A DNA stretch of 63,230 nucleotides, filler included, from Collodictyon triciliatum (GCA_043381765.1; 37 parts of 37 records of this genome joined end to end with filler, not necessarily neighbours in it), one strand, 5' to 3'; shown: positions 12,963 through 25,455, numbered from the whole stretch's first letter. Translations and numbers: made by a program. Notes: generated by a model not told the origin, from the letters alone.

Positions 12963-13100
12963 TTTTTTGGCCCAAAAATCCCAAAAAAAATGGGTAAATC
13001 ATAAACTCCGCGTAGGCGTTTTTTTTTTACATCGAATTAAAATTCAACATAGGCAAAGAATTTTTTTAGGCATTTTTTTTGGGATTTTTGGGCCAAAAAA
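12963..13100. repeat. Perfect 30-bp inverted repeat (12963-12992 / 13071-13100), 78-nt spacer, upstream of the TV-Pol ORF
   Basis: TTTTTTGGCCCAAAAATCCCAAAAAAAATG and its exact reverse complement CATTTTTTTTGGGATTTTTGGGCCAAAAAA. Confidence 0.9.
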
Positions 13101-13438
13101 ATGGGAGGCTAATCAAATGAAACTAAAATTTTTTCGTTCAGCAATTTAGATTGAATTTTATAAATCCTATTATTTTTTTCTTTTCTATGAAACTTTTCAA
13201 GATAGTATATGTAGTTTTGTAAATCGTCCAAGTCGTCATATNNNNNNNNNNNNNNNNNNNNNNNNNNNNNNNNNNNNNNNNNNNNTTAATTAATTAANNN
13301 NNNNNNNNNNNNNNNNNNNNNNNNNNNNNNNNNNNNNNNNNCAATTTTCTCATATGCAGCGACCTCATCATAGTATTCGAGATTCATGGCTGTCTTGAAA
13401 TCATTCCTAATAAGAAGATTTCGGACCGCCCTGAAAGT

Positions 13439-14341
13439 TTAATGCACGCGGATAGAGCTGTTTTCTTCGGTGGGACTCATAAGAATTTCGCGCAAGTTAT
13501 TCAATAACGTGATTGCCTGTGGTAAAACGGAAATCTAATAGGAAAGTTGGTTAAAAGAATAAATCATAAAAAAACTGTTTTAGTTTTCACATGTTGTGTG
13601 CTGATGAGCTTATGATGATCTGAAAATAAAAAATGAAAATCGTCAAATTGAAAAATATAGGGGGATTCAGTAAAGCATCACAAAAATTGAATGTCAATAT
13701 ATTACACAAAACCAGAATATCTCGTAGAGTCAAATGCTTACAGGGCTGCATACAATATCGAGTGTGCTCAGCCGTTTCAATGATGATATTGAATTGGAAA
13801 GCGAAGATACATCATTTTCTCGAGAATTTAAGAGGCTCAACTTTTTCAATGCAGAGATTCTAACGGGCAAGCTTGAAACTCTGTTCTTGTAGAGATATAA
13901 CTCAGTGAGCTTTGTAAGAGCTCATATTCCATCTGGCAAAGAAAGTATACAATTACCAGATACACCCAGATATTCAAGATACGATAACCGCGATATTTCG
14001 CCTGGTATCTGTGATATCCTGTTGTAAGTAACATCAAGAAGCGTGAGGCTTGTAACTCTAAAGACCCCAGAATCCATGGCAGTTAGTCTATTGTAATGAG
14101 CGAATAGCCTTTTCAGTCCAGAGAGCAGAGATAGCTCGTTCGGCAACTGCAAGAGGCGGTTTCGATATAGTCCAAGAACAACCAGACGGCCCAGGTCAAA
14201 GACACCGGGTGGCAAAGAAGTGAGGCTTTTGCTTCCTGCATCCAGCAAAGTGCACCGTTCGATGAGCCGAAGAAAGCCGTTGGGTCTGTGTGCGATTTGG
14301 AGAGCCTTCAAGTGTTGTAGACGCGCGGCGCGATCGGACAT
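13439..14341 (-). pseudogene. Leucine-rich-repeat gene with an in-frame TGA at 13924-13922
   Basis: Regular 23-aa LRRs from ATG 14341. The frame continues past the stop: ...SLPDGI*ALTKLTELYLYKNRVSSLPVRISALKKLSLLNSRENDVSSLSNSISSLKRLSTLDI. A further exon from ~13534 (ISVLPQAITLLNNLREI) ends at TAA 13441-13439. Confidence 0.75.
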
Positions 14342-14798
14342 GACAGACGGCGTCAGACGCACTTGTCTGTCTTTGGCTTTGCTTTAGTGTCTATATTTCT
14401 TTGGGTTCAATAAGCGCAGAGATGGATGAGTTATAAGGATGAACCAGAAAGTGTTGGCGGTTGCGTGTGACTGGACAACACAAAATGGAGTTTTAACGTC
14501 AATCATGTATATACTTTACGAAAGGATGGGTTGTATTCTGCATGTATATGTTCGGAACGGTGATGGACATGTATTGATAAGACTTTATGAATTAAAGATG
14601 AGATTATAGCCTTACAATATATCAGAATGAAATTAATCACATAAATTCCACATTCTATCAGAACATTCTATCCGATCAAAAGAATAATCTGCTCTGGCGA
14701 AAAATCAGCTCACGCAATGCAAAGGTTCACGACCATCCACAAAACAATCTGAGCAAGAAAAAGGAAAGAATAAAAGAAAGAAAAAAAAGAAAAAAAAG

Positions 14799-14848
<50 letters not shown>

Positions 14849-14999
14849 AAAAGAAGAAAAAAAAGAAAAAGAAGAAAAAGAAGAAAAAGAAGAAAAAGAN
14901 NNNNNNNNNNNNNNNNNNNNNNNNNNNNNNNNNNNNNNNNNNNTTAATTAATTAANNNNNNNNNNNNNNNNNNNNNNNNNNNNNNNNNNNNNNNNNNNN

Positions 15000-15054
<55 letters not shown>

Positions 15055-15175
15055 CTTTTTTCTTTTTTTTTTTTTTTTTTTTTCATTTTTATTCTCATTA
15101 CATCCTCAAAACTCCAACAGATATTTTACCCACCCATACAAGACCTTTTTCCCGGGCGTACTCCGAATCTTGTGA

Positions 15176-16156
15176 ATGCCGCACCTCTTTGTTCTATGCC
15201 ACGGCGTCGGAGGAAGCCCCAGAGACATGGAGTACTTTGCCCGCTGCTTGCGCAAGATGTGCGTGGACTCCGACGGCCTGGAGGTCATCACATACGTCCC
15301 ACACAGCAACAGCAGATGGGGCTGCACTTTGGATGGCGTCGACAGTGGAGGAGAGCGGCTTGTCGAGGAACTGAGTCCGATAATGAATGACCCTGCCCAG
15401 TACTGGCTCAGTCTGAAGAACTCGGAGTCAAGGCGCGCATCCACCAGCGCAGAGCCATTTGTATTGAGTGTGGTCGGGCACAGCTGCGGTGGGATTTACA
15501 TGAGGTATGCGCTTGGTTGTCTTGCTCAACGCGGGCTGTTGAGTCCACTCTGGAGACTTCGGCATTTTGCAACCCTAGCCTCTCCACATCTCGGTGTGCA
15601 GACGCTTTGGGGTCCGGTGGCTGCGCGGCTTGCTTTTGGGACTGTTCGTCATCTTTGCTTGGGCGACTCTGCTCCATCACGGGCAAGTGCAGATTGCCTA
15701 TTGATGAAACTAACATGCGGTGTTTACTTGGATGTTCTGAAGAGATTCGAACATCGGTGGGCCGTTGCCGACCGATTCTATGACGTGCGGGTGGCGTGGA
15801 TTTCTGCATCCATCCAACCTCCCCACGTCAATTGCCCTTCTGAATCAGCACCGCGTGATGAAACACGAGTCTTGCTTATAAAAAGGAGCTTGCCATTGCC
15901 AGAATCTTTTGCATTCGACCAGTTTCCGTCTTCAAGTTCTATTCAGAACCCTCACTACAAAATGGCGAGTGCTCTGCTGCAAGTGCCTTGGTGGAGGGTC
16001 GATGTCGTTTTTCGGCCGGTCGTTGCCCACGAAGACATGATTGTCCGCGACCCGGCATTGAACAAAATAGGACGCCCATTCGTCAATTGGTTTTCCAAGG
16101 TGCTTTGCCTCTCATCTGATGGAATGCAAAAGGAAATTAATAAATACAGCGATTGA
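15176..16156 (+). CDS. DUF676 putative serine esterase/lipase (alpha/beta hydrolase, ROG1-like), intronless, 326 aa
   Basis: HLFVLCHGVGG, TLDGVDSGGERL, nucleophile motif VGHSCGG.YMRYA, FATLASPHLG, D.RV...SASI, late AH motif. Confidence 0.9.
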   Translation: MPHLFVLCHGVGGSPRDMEYFARCLRKMCVDSDGLEVITYVPHSNSRWGCTLDGVDSGGERLVEELSPIMNDPAQYWLSLKNSESRRASTSAEPFVLSVVGHSCGGIYMRYALGCLAQRGLLSPLWRLRHFATLASPHLGVQTLWGPVAARLAFGTVRHLCLGDSAPSRASADCLLMKLTCGVYLDVLKRFEHRWAVADRFYDVRVAWISASIQPPHVNCPSESAPRDETRVLLIKRSLPLPESFAFDQFPSSSSIQNPHYKMASALLQVPWWRVDVVFRPVVAHEDMIVRDPALNKIGRPFVNWFSKVLCLSSDGMQKEINKYSD

Positions 16157-16656
16157 AAAGTAAGAAGCGGGCGAAAGCGGGCACGAAAGCGAGTAGACTC
16201 TGCGCACTCATGCTAATTCTGGAATTTATAGATACACCTTCCAGCTTCGGAATATATGGTTGTTTTTGGGGATATGAGGCTTTTGTGCACGCGTCACTTT
16301 TCGGAATTGCGGTTTATCATTGAACATGCGGCAGTGTGCGCTTGCATAAAAAAAAAAAACGCGGGATTCATTGCGCATGACACTTGTACATGGTTGCAGA
16401 AAGAAAAGAAAAAAGAAATAAGGAAAAAGAAAAAAAGAAAAACAGAAAAAACAGAAAAAGAAAAACAGAAAAACAGAAAAACAGAAAAACAGAAAAACAG
16501 AAAAACAGAAAAACAGAAAAACAGAAAAACAGAAAAACAGAAAAACAGAAAAACAGNNNNNNNNNNNNNNNNNNNNNNNNNNNNNNNNNNNNNNNNNNNN
16601 TTAATTAATTAANNNNNNNNNNNNNNNNNNNNNNNNNNNNNNNNNNNNNNNNNNNN

Positions 16657-16695
<39 letters not shown>

Positions 16696-17084
16696 TTTTT
16701 TTTTTTTTTTTTTTTTTTTTTTACATATGAGAGGTATTGGATTGGTGTATTTGAATGCATAATAACAGCGACGCTTTTTTTTTTAAAAAAAAAATATGAA
16801 TATGCAGATATATCAGTCACTGAGTGGAAAGCATGCAAATACCTTGAGTGTTGGCATACCTCCTACAGAAACAAAAATGCCGGTAACATGCTTGAGATTT
16901 CGTCCCATAGGAAGCACAGAAAGAACCAGAAATGTTATATTAGCTGCATGTTAGTGATTATCGTCCTAAATATATATATATATTAGTTTTTTGGTTAAGA
17001 TTTTTTTGATCCGCTTAAAACCTGAAGTATGAATTGATGGGACATCCAAAGCACAAATTATGAAAATACTGTGTTTTTTATTAG

Positions 17085-18056
17085 ATGCAGAAGGGCACAT
17101 TAGACATTGGCATGCCACTTCTGGAAAATGTTTACATACTATAGCAGAAGATAACCAGGTTTTTTTTGAAGTGCATATACATTTATAAGACACATAAATT
17201 ATGGATTAAAAATGAATTCATAGAAGGCATTCGGGCTAAATAATTTGGTGTCTTATTTTCTTTTTCTACTCATTTGATATCATCTACAGATATATTGTCT
17301 TGATTATCACCCAGACGGAGAAAAATTTGCCACAGCCGGGCGGGACGGGCAGGTATAAGTTATTACCATTTTATTTAATTATGCAACATTAAATAATATT
17401 ATTTGTTCCTTTGATTCCTTTGAATCATCAAATCGTCATCGTATTATTCATATGATGATTATCCGGGAAACTTACCTAAAATTCATGTACACTCGCGTGT
17501 ATTTACTGCTGGAAAGGACATATTTGCTGTTTAACATGTATGAAAATGCGCATTAGCTTCGAATTTATGATGAAGCCACGAAGACTCTTGAATCTACCAT
17601 CTATGGAGGGTAAAGAAATATTCTTCTCCTTCTTCTTACATTACACCCAAGTAAATCTAAGAATGTAACCTTTTCCAATTTCATCCAAAGCGCGTACGAA
17701 TCAGTGGCGGGACATTCCAACAGAGTTATGAGCTTAAAATATCACCCAACTGATTCAAATATGATACTTACGGGTGGATGGGATAATACTGTTCAAGTGC
17801 GTGGAGAAGACGATATTTTTAATGGAATTGATACTCAAATTAGGAGCATATTATCTTTAAGATTTTGCTATTCTACCTCAGTTATATTTCATCTCAATGC
17901 ATGCACCTCGATCCATTTTATTACCAATAGTTTTGGGATGTACGCTCCGGTCACTCTGTTCGGTCTTTATTTGGTCCCCATGTATGTGGGGATGCTTTGG
18001 ATATAAGTGGAAATGAGATTCTTGTGGGTTCGTGGAGAGTTTCTGGGAACCTCCAA
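17085..18056 (+). CDS. WD40-repeat protein, partial, spliced (at least 5 exons)
   Basis: Exons give AEGHIRHWHATSGKCLHTI, IYCLDYHPDGEKFATAGRDGQ|LRIYDEATK, GHSNRVMSLKYHP...TGGWDNTVQ|FWDVRSGHSVRSLFGPHVCGDALDI. Confidence 0.88.
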
Positions 18057-18120
18057 GTGAGTCATCGATTCGTGCGTGTCTAAGCTTGGCCATATTTGTT
18101 TTGTTTTATAATTTATCGTT

Positions 18121-18194
<74 letters not shown>

Positions 18195-18772
18195 TTTTTT
18201 ATTTTTTTTTTTTNNNNNNNNNNNNNNNNNNNNNNNNNNNNNNNNNNNNNNNNNNNNTTAATTAATTAANNNNNNNNNNNNNNNNNNNNNNNNNNNNNNN
18301 NNNNNNNNNNNNNACATAACATAACATAACATAACATAACATAACATAACATAACATAACATAACATAACATAACATAACATAACATAACATAACATAAC
18401 ATAACATAACATAACATAACATAACATAACATAATATAACATAACATAACATAACATAACATAACATAACATAACAGATAAATGAATACGCGATTTCCGT
18501 GAAGCCCACCAAAGTTTGTGTTTCTTCTGGTGGTCTACAAAGTTGTAATATGTTTTATCTTATGATTTTTTTTTTATTCTTTGGAACAATTTACAAGGAC
18601 TGCATTGGGTGGTATATCTAAATCATTTCTTGGTCATTATATTATCCCAAAAATGACTAAAACCTTGAGGCCGACGATTTCCCTGCGTATGGTGGACTGT
18701 TTTACATTTAACTAATTAGAATCACAAGCCAATCATATGTCCAGTTAAACCGCTAAATAAAGAAAATGTCTA

Positions 18773-19690
18773 CCTCGTGGTCTTGAGATTTCTTTGCCAT
18801 TGATGAAATTTCTTTCTTTAGTCGCTCAATTTCGGTACTTTCTCTCATCTGAATCTCTGCAATATCGTTTCTTCTCTTTTCAAGGGCTTTGCCCATGATT
18901 AGAATCTTGGCCTCAGCATCGTTGAGCTTCTTTGATTTCTCTGCATTGCAAGAGGGAGAGGCGTTGATATTGAAGCAACCGCGTTCGGGTTCGAATATGC
19001 AATATACATTGATATTTTTCTCAGAACTGACAGCAGTTATATACCCTTTAGTTCATTTGTCTGTTTTTCGATGAATAGGTTTGTCATTTGCAGCTTCTTT
19101 TGAAGTTCCCTAAAATATTCTCCAGTTTTAATACTAAGAATTCGTGACAGAAATGTTGCAGATTACTGCATCAAATCATCACTATAAACATACTTGAATC
19201 CATCGAAATCTGAAACTTTGTCCTTGTTATAAAGATGGTCATAGCATACTCAAGAAGGTTAAAGAAAGCAAGATTAAATGATGGAGTTACAATGTCTAGG
19301 AGCTATCTCCCAGTTAAGTAGCAAGTGAAATGAAGGATACAGTCTATGATATTTGTATGAAGCTGTTCTAATTTCGACCGTGCTGACCGCGTGGACGATA
19401 TAAATGATTCTACCATAACAGAGTTTTCCAAAGCCTCTTCAGCCACATCAGCCAGGCTCTGCATTACATATGAAGCTAAGTTACGATTTACGTCAACAAT
19501 GCCATTTTTTCTTTGAAAAATGAATATATTATTTCTATTTTATGATCAATTATTGCCTGTCCAACTGCAGTTGTAGAGCCGGTTAGATCTTCTTTGAGTT
19601 TGATCGTTGCTCGCACCTCCTCTTTCAGTAATGTCTCCGAAAAATTATTCATAACCAAAAACCTTAACATAGGATAGTTTAGGGCTATAT
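18773..19690 (-). CDS. Multi-exon fragment of a probable coiled-coil protein
   Basis: Open AG/GT-bounded segments encoding e.g. KSKKLNDAEAKILIMGKALEKRRNDIAEIQMRESTEIERLKKEISSMAKKSQDHE. No family recognised. Confidence 0.45.
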
Positions 19691-20110
19691 TCTGTATATC
19701 ATTAAATACAAATATGAATGAACGGTTCATATTTTTTTTATTAAAATAATAGAGAAAAAAGAAGAAAAAAGAAGAAAAAAGAAGAAAAAAGAAGAAAAAA
19801 GAAGAAAAAAGAAGAAAAAAGAAGAAAAAAGAAGAAAAAAGAAGAAAAAAGAAGAAAAAAGAAGAAAAANNNNNNNNNNNNNNNNNNNNNNNNNNNNNNN
19901 NNNNNNNNNNNNNTTAATTAATTAANNNNNNNNNNNNNNNNNNNNNNNNNNNNNNNNNNNNNNNNNNNNAAGAAAAAAAGAAAAAAAGAAAAAAAGAAAA
20001 AAAGAAAAAAAGAAAAAAAGAAAAAAAGAAAAAAAGAAAAAAAGAAAAAAAGAAAAAAAGAAAAAAAGAAAGGCTCAAGACACACGACCAAAAAAACCCA
20101 CTCTGAAAAT

Positions 20111-20409
20111 AATGACTTTCGAATTGCAGTGCACGACAAGGCTCTCAAGGTCGGAGCGCGGCAGGTGTTTATGGAGGACCTGTAGAAAAAGTTTATCAAG
20201 GATAACATCTTCCGGGTCATCCAGGCGGAATGCATATGCGAGCGCTGGTACTTGTTGGAGACGTTGCTGGCGCGGCTGGTGGTTGCGCGACGCCTGGTAC
20301 ACTTCAGGCTCGCCATCTAAGTGCTGTACCCGATGCTGCGCATAATTGCTCCATGGTGGCTGCCGGAGTTCTCAGCGTCCTTCCAAGGCCGTCCTACTCC
20401 CATATAGAG
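20111..20409 (+). pseudogene. Possible decayed GC3-rich coding segment with in-frame TAG (20183) and TAA (20318)
   Basis: The plus frame has strong third-position G/C bias (NDFRIAVHDKALKVGARQVFMEDL*KKFIKDNIFRVIQAECICERWYLLETLLARLVV...). The listed minus ORF 20075-20302 is its exact antisense frame. Confidence 0.3.
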
Positions 20410-23400
20410 CCCATCCATATTACTTTTAATTAGGCGCCACAAGTTTATAGCTTTCTTTGCCCCTAGAAATAATAGTCAATGCAAGTATATTCACCTTAAT
20501 GAAGTGGGTTAAAACAGCTCCGTAAAAACAGTGTAAGTTTTATGCCATTTGAAAAGACTGAGATACATAATTGACGTCTTTTCATGCTGATATTGTGTTA
20601 AGAAGTTTGACTATTGAATGACACACATATAAAACTAATTAGTTCGATTTGACTGAGCGAAAAGATAAACACAAAGGTTATTTCGTCATCCTATCTGCAT
20701 GAGCGACGACCAAGTAAATTCTCATAATTTGAGAAGGAAATAAGAAAAAAAAGTGCTGCAATATGAGGAGCATAATGAGTCGCCTGAAAAAAAAAGGGAA
20801 AGCGGACTAGTAAATATGCAAGTTTACGACAGGCAAAGAAAGCAAAGGGAGACAATGCACCAAATAGAAGAATGGCTTCATGACCAAGCAATCTGCGCAA
20901 TGAATCGAAGAGAACAAGAAAGGCCTGATGAAAGGGTTAGCAGGCTTCATGTTCTAGCCATCAAGTCATAGACAACATAATTATGAATATAGTGCTCAGT
21001 ATTAATTGTTATGCTTCGTTCATCCGTTTCCATGTTTTCTTTTTTATTTTCACCCATTCCGAAGCGAAGCACATGTACCAAAGGTAGTATTAAGTATATA
21101 TCTGTATCATTTTTATATTTATATTTATTTCCTTCACTACCCGAGTCATACAAGGCTGAGGGTGAATACCAGACCTTAATTTGTTAAGAAATCATCACAT
21201 CCACTTAATCCTACACCCACAGAGCACTTTGTCTCCTTTCAGCCATAATCAACCCCAGAGAGCACAGACCGGAACATATATTTGTATTGGTATCGATAAC
21301 AGAGCAGGAAGAGGAAGAGGAGAATAGAAGACCTCACAATTTTTGCGACTTTACGCCTAGCAAAGAATCATTGATTGGAACGGATAGCTGCGCACTGCTG
21401 CAGACGTCCTGAAGGAGATAAGTAGGAGCGCCGTGGGCGCAAGCGTGCCTGTCCGTGGGGGCTAATGCGACGGCAAAGAGCGCCCACCAGATACCGACTA
21501 GGCTGATGCAGAGGTCGGGCAGGAANNNNNNNNNNNNNNNNNNNNNNNNNNNNNNNNNNNNNNNNNNNNTTAATTAATTAANNNNNNNNNNNNNNNNNNN
21601 NNNNNNNNNNNNNNNNNNNNNNNNNTTTTTTTTTGTGGGTTTCCTTTGTCTTTGGTTTTTTTTTTTTTTTTTTTTGATCGTGTAACAAATAGTGGGACTA
21701 ATAATAATAATAATAAAAAAAAAAAAAAGGAGGGAGAGGTAAGCAGGGACCGCGATAACCGGGCTCAGCATGTTCGTGCTTGGATTGGGGTTAACTTTTT
21801 TTTTTCTTATGTCGTATTCGCCTTGGTCACGAAGCAATGTGAGGTGAAGGGAGAGGATAGAAGAGGAGGAGGAAATAAAAACGAAATTAAAAACCCTGTC
21901 TTGGGCTGCTGTGCTTGAAAGGTGCCATGGCTTCAAACTGGATCGCCACATGACACAGCGGCGAAATCGCAACCAAAGTGCGCTGGGTGAGGAACTAGAA
22001 AAATCGGAGGTGAATTCAGAAATAAATTATAGTTTTTCAAAAAGCGAATAAGTCGAACCAACAGAAAACCCATGGAGGGCAATACGAAGTTGCTCACCAC
22101 TTTGATTCATATCCCAAAAGGAAAAAAAAAAAAGGCAGAAACCAACCTCACGCCATTCGCTTGCGATTGTGCATTTTGGTTAATCGCGATTTGCTGTCTG
22201 GTAATACTTGTTTTTTTCTTATTGAAATCGTCCTCTAGGGTCAATTGCAATCGAAAGAATCGTCGATCGGCTCTAGAACGACCCATATATGGACATGAAA
22301 TTTTGAGATCCCAAAAATATATTGTATATTCGACTACAAATGTCTATTTTAGTTTAACCGATATAGATATATTCCGAATTAAGAATAAAATTATGAACAT
22401 CTTTTGTGGCTAATCCCGATATGTCTATGACAACATCATACATTTTATTCCAAATAAAACCTGCCTGCTATATATTCGATTCATAATTCGACCAATTAAA
22501 TCACCAGAATTGGACATGAGCCATCCCAAAACGAATCGATATTTGTGGAATATAAATATAATATAATTATATTAAATTATGTGTTTGACAATGTATAAAT
22601 ATTATATTCAAATTTATCACATGAAATATTTTATAATATAGTGAATTAATTTTGGGTTGCCACAGGACGCAACACCCGCATTAACCATGCTTTCAGAATA
22701 TCCTTCAAACTCGCGAACCATCCACCCCAGCCCAAAGCGTCACACAAGGGCTACTTCGAGAATAAGAGCAGAAAGTCAATTCATCCGCGAATCAAACAAA
22801 AAAGTAAACAAAAAGTAAACAAAAAAGTAAACAAAAAAGTAAACAAAAAAGTAAACAAAAAAGTAAACAAAAAAAGTAAACAAAAAAAGTAAACAAAAAA
22901 GTAAACAAAAACTAAAACACAAAAACACAAAAACACAAAAACCCAAAAACCATCAAAATCGAAAAACAAACAAAACAAAACTCACCACGTGATTACCGCA
23001 TTCGACGCTTTATTCAACTATACCCAACCAGCCTATTATCTTTTGTGGTGGTCAGATCCATTTCACTGGATTCATCTGCGGTTTGTGGGTTCACATCAGG
23101 CCCTGTGGCATTTGCCTTGTCGAAGGCCACAGCACAAATAGAAAAAGAAAAAAGAAAAAAGAAAAAAGAAAAAAGAAAAAANNNNNNNNNNNNNNNNNNN
23201 NNNNNNNNNNNNNNNNNNNNNNNNNTTAATTAATTAANNNNNNNNNNNNNNNNNNNNNNNNNNNNNNNNNNNNNNNNNNNNAAAAAAGAGTAAAAAAGAG
23301 TAAAAAAGAGTAAAAAAGAGTAAAAAAGAGTAAAAAAGAGTAAAAAAGAGTAAAAAAGAGTAAAAAAGAGTAAAAAAGAGAAAAAAAGAGAAAAAAAGAA

Positions 23401-23778
23401 AAAAAAGAAAAAAAAGAAAAGAAAAAGAAGAGAAGACATAATTTAGCCAAGCTTTACTGCCACATATCCCAGTACCAACAATTATACATACCAAAAAAAA
23501 TCCAACTTAACTGGGATAAAATCATTAAAAAATAATAGCTCGATTAACAGTAAGACTTTTTAAATAGCGAAATGAAGTAGCGACACGCGATAAAAAATAA
23601 AATAAATAAAATGCAGAAAATTGAAAGAAAGCATAACAATTAAAATAAAAAACAAAGGTTTATGAGTACAATAGAATGATGTTTTGATCTTCACACAACA
23701 CCAAAAAAAAAATAATTTAAGTTCAAGCACGAAGAAAAGAGCCCGACGAATAAAGAAGAATATAAATGGTTACTGTAG

Positions 23779-23982
23779 GATTTGCCCGGCGCGTGGGGGC
23801 CGACGATGTACTCTATCGAAGGAGTTGCGGCCGGAGCCATGTTGACGGTCATTGCGCAAACCATGATTCCCGAAGCATTCGAGTTGGGCGGAGACTTGGC
23901 CGGGCCGGCCACTTTGTTTGGATTCCTCTCTGCCATGCTTTCTTACGTGCTGTTTGATGCGGGTGGAGATGACAGCCACTGA
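23779..23982 (+). CDS. ZIP-family (ZupT/GufA-like) metal transporter, last exon
   Basis: After a TAG acceptor: IEGVAAGAMLTVIAQTMIPEAFELGGDLAGPATLFGFLSAMLS...*, the typical ZIP TM7-TM8 C-terminus. Confidence 0.82.
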   Translation, partial: DLPGAWGPTMYSIEGVAAGAMLTVIAQTMIPEAFELGGDLAGPATLFGFLSAMLSYVLFDAGGDDSH

Positions 23983-25053
23983 CGCGCATATTTTTCTCGT
24001 CCTTATTAGATACAGCTTTTCATATCTAATCCATTTCCCCCGTTATATTTACACTTTCTTTTTTCTGTTTTCCTTTTGTTGTTATCTCTCCCTCTAGCAA
24101 TAAAGCTCTACATTTCTCTTTTCCTTTCCCCATCTCCAGTGAAGCAGACAAACACCCAGACCCAGTCGCTCATTTCCCGCTATTGACTATCAAACTAAAT
24201 TGCCTCTGGTTGTTATAGTATCAACATATCCTTTTAGAGGATATATGAATTGTGATAATAAAACACAGAGGAATACTTTTTCTTTTTCTTCTCCTGTGTC
24301 TTCGTTAAGGTAGTTGTGATGTGTGATGTGTGATGTGTGATGTGTGATGTGTGGTGTGTAGATTCAATTTTAGAAAAAAAACCGCAGATGGCCTGTCGGC
24401 TCTTCCTCCCTTTGAGTAGTGAACTTAGTCAAAATAGCTGCAGTAGTAAATCGATAGGCGGTTATATCCGCAGCACATAATTTTAGCGAAGGATAGCACA
24501 AATCAGACGGATATAGCAAATCAAAAAAAAAATAAAATAAAAAAGAGAAAAGGGAAAGAGGAAAAAACAAGAAATACATAACAAAACAAAACATAACATC
24601 GCGACAGTGAAAAAACAGCAGGAAAGATCAAAGTAGCCGCGCTTTTGTTTGGGCGGACAGATACTTTGCTGTGTGAATAAGAAAAATGACAGATCCAAGT
24701 CAATCTTTCGATCTCTCGCCACTCCCCATAAATATGTTAAAAGAATAAAAAAGAATAAAAAAGAATAAAAAAGAATAAAAAAGAATAAAAAAGAATAAAA
24801 AAGAATAAAAAAGAATAAAAAAGAATAAAAAAGAATNNNNNNNNNNNNNNNNNNNNNNNNNNNNNNNNNNNNNNNNNNNNTTAATTAATTAANNNNNNNN
24901 NNNNNNNNNNNNNNNNNNNNNNNNNNNNNNNNNNNNTGTGAGGAGGCTTCTCATTTACTCTGTTGTTACTCTTTTGCCTTGCATTTATCTACTTTCTTCT
25001 TTCTTCCAAACTCCCGCAACTTTGGTATATGATTTTTACGCATCGACCCGCAG

Positions 25054-25455
25054 CTCTATGCAAAAAACAAGAGTGTACAAAACGGCTTTGTCAATGAAGC
25101 GCTGTCCAAGATACATGTCCCACCCAACGCACGCGTTATCGACCTTGGCTGGTTAGTCGCCTTTTTCCTTGTATCATGCATCAATCATGCTCGAATATTG
25201 CGTTTTATTGTTCTTCTTTCTCTCTTTATATGCTGCGTGGATGATGGTATCCATTCTTTTGCACTTGTATCACACACCGTGGAAGCTTTTGCTCAAGTTT
25301 CATTCGTAAGATGTTGATTATTTCATTAAAAAAAAAAACTAGTGGAGACGGAGAACATACAGCCAGAATTGTAAAGCTGATTCCCGAGGGAGGATTTGTA
25401 CTGGGTGTCGATGCCTTGCCTGATATGATTCGTTTTGCGAATGAAAAATATGCAG
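25054..25455 (+). CDS. Class I SAM-dependent methyltransferase, two exons (25054-25151, 25343-25455)
   Basis: Splicing restores motif I RVIDLGC|GDG, followed by VLGVDALPDMIRFANEKY. Confidence 0.85.
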
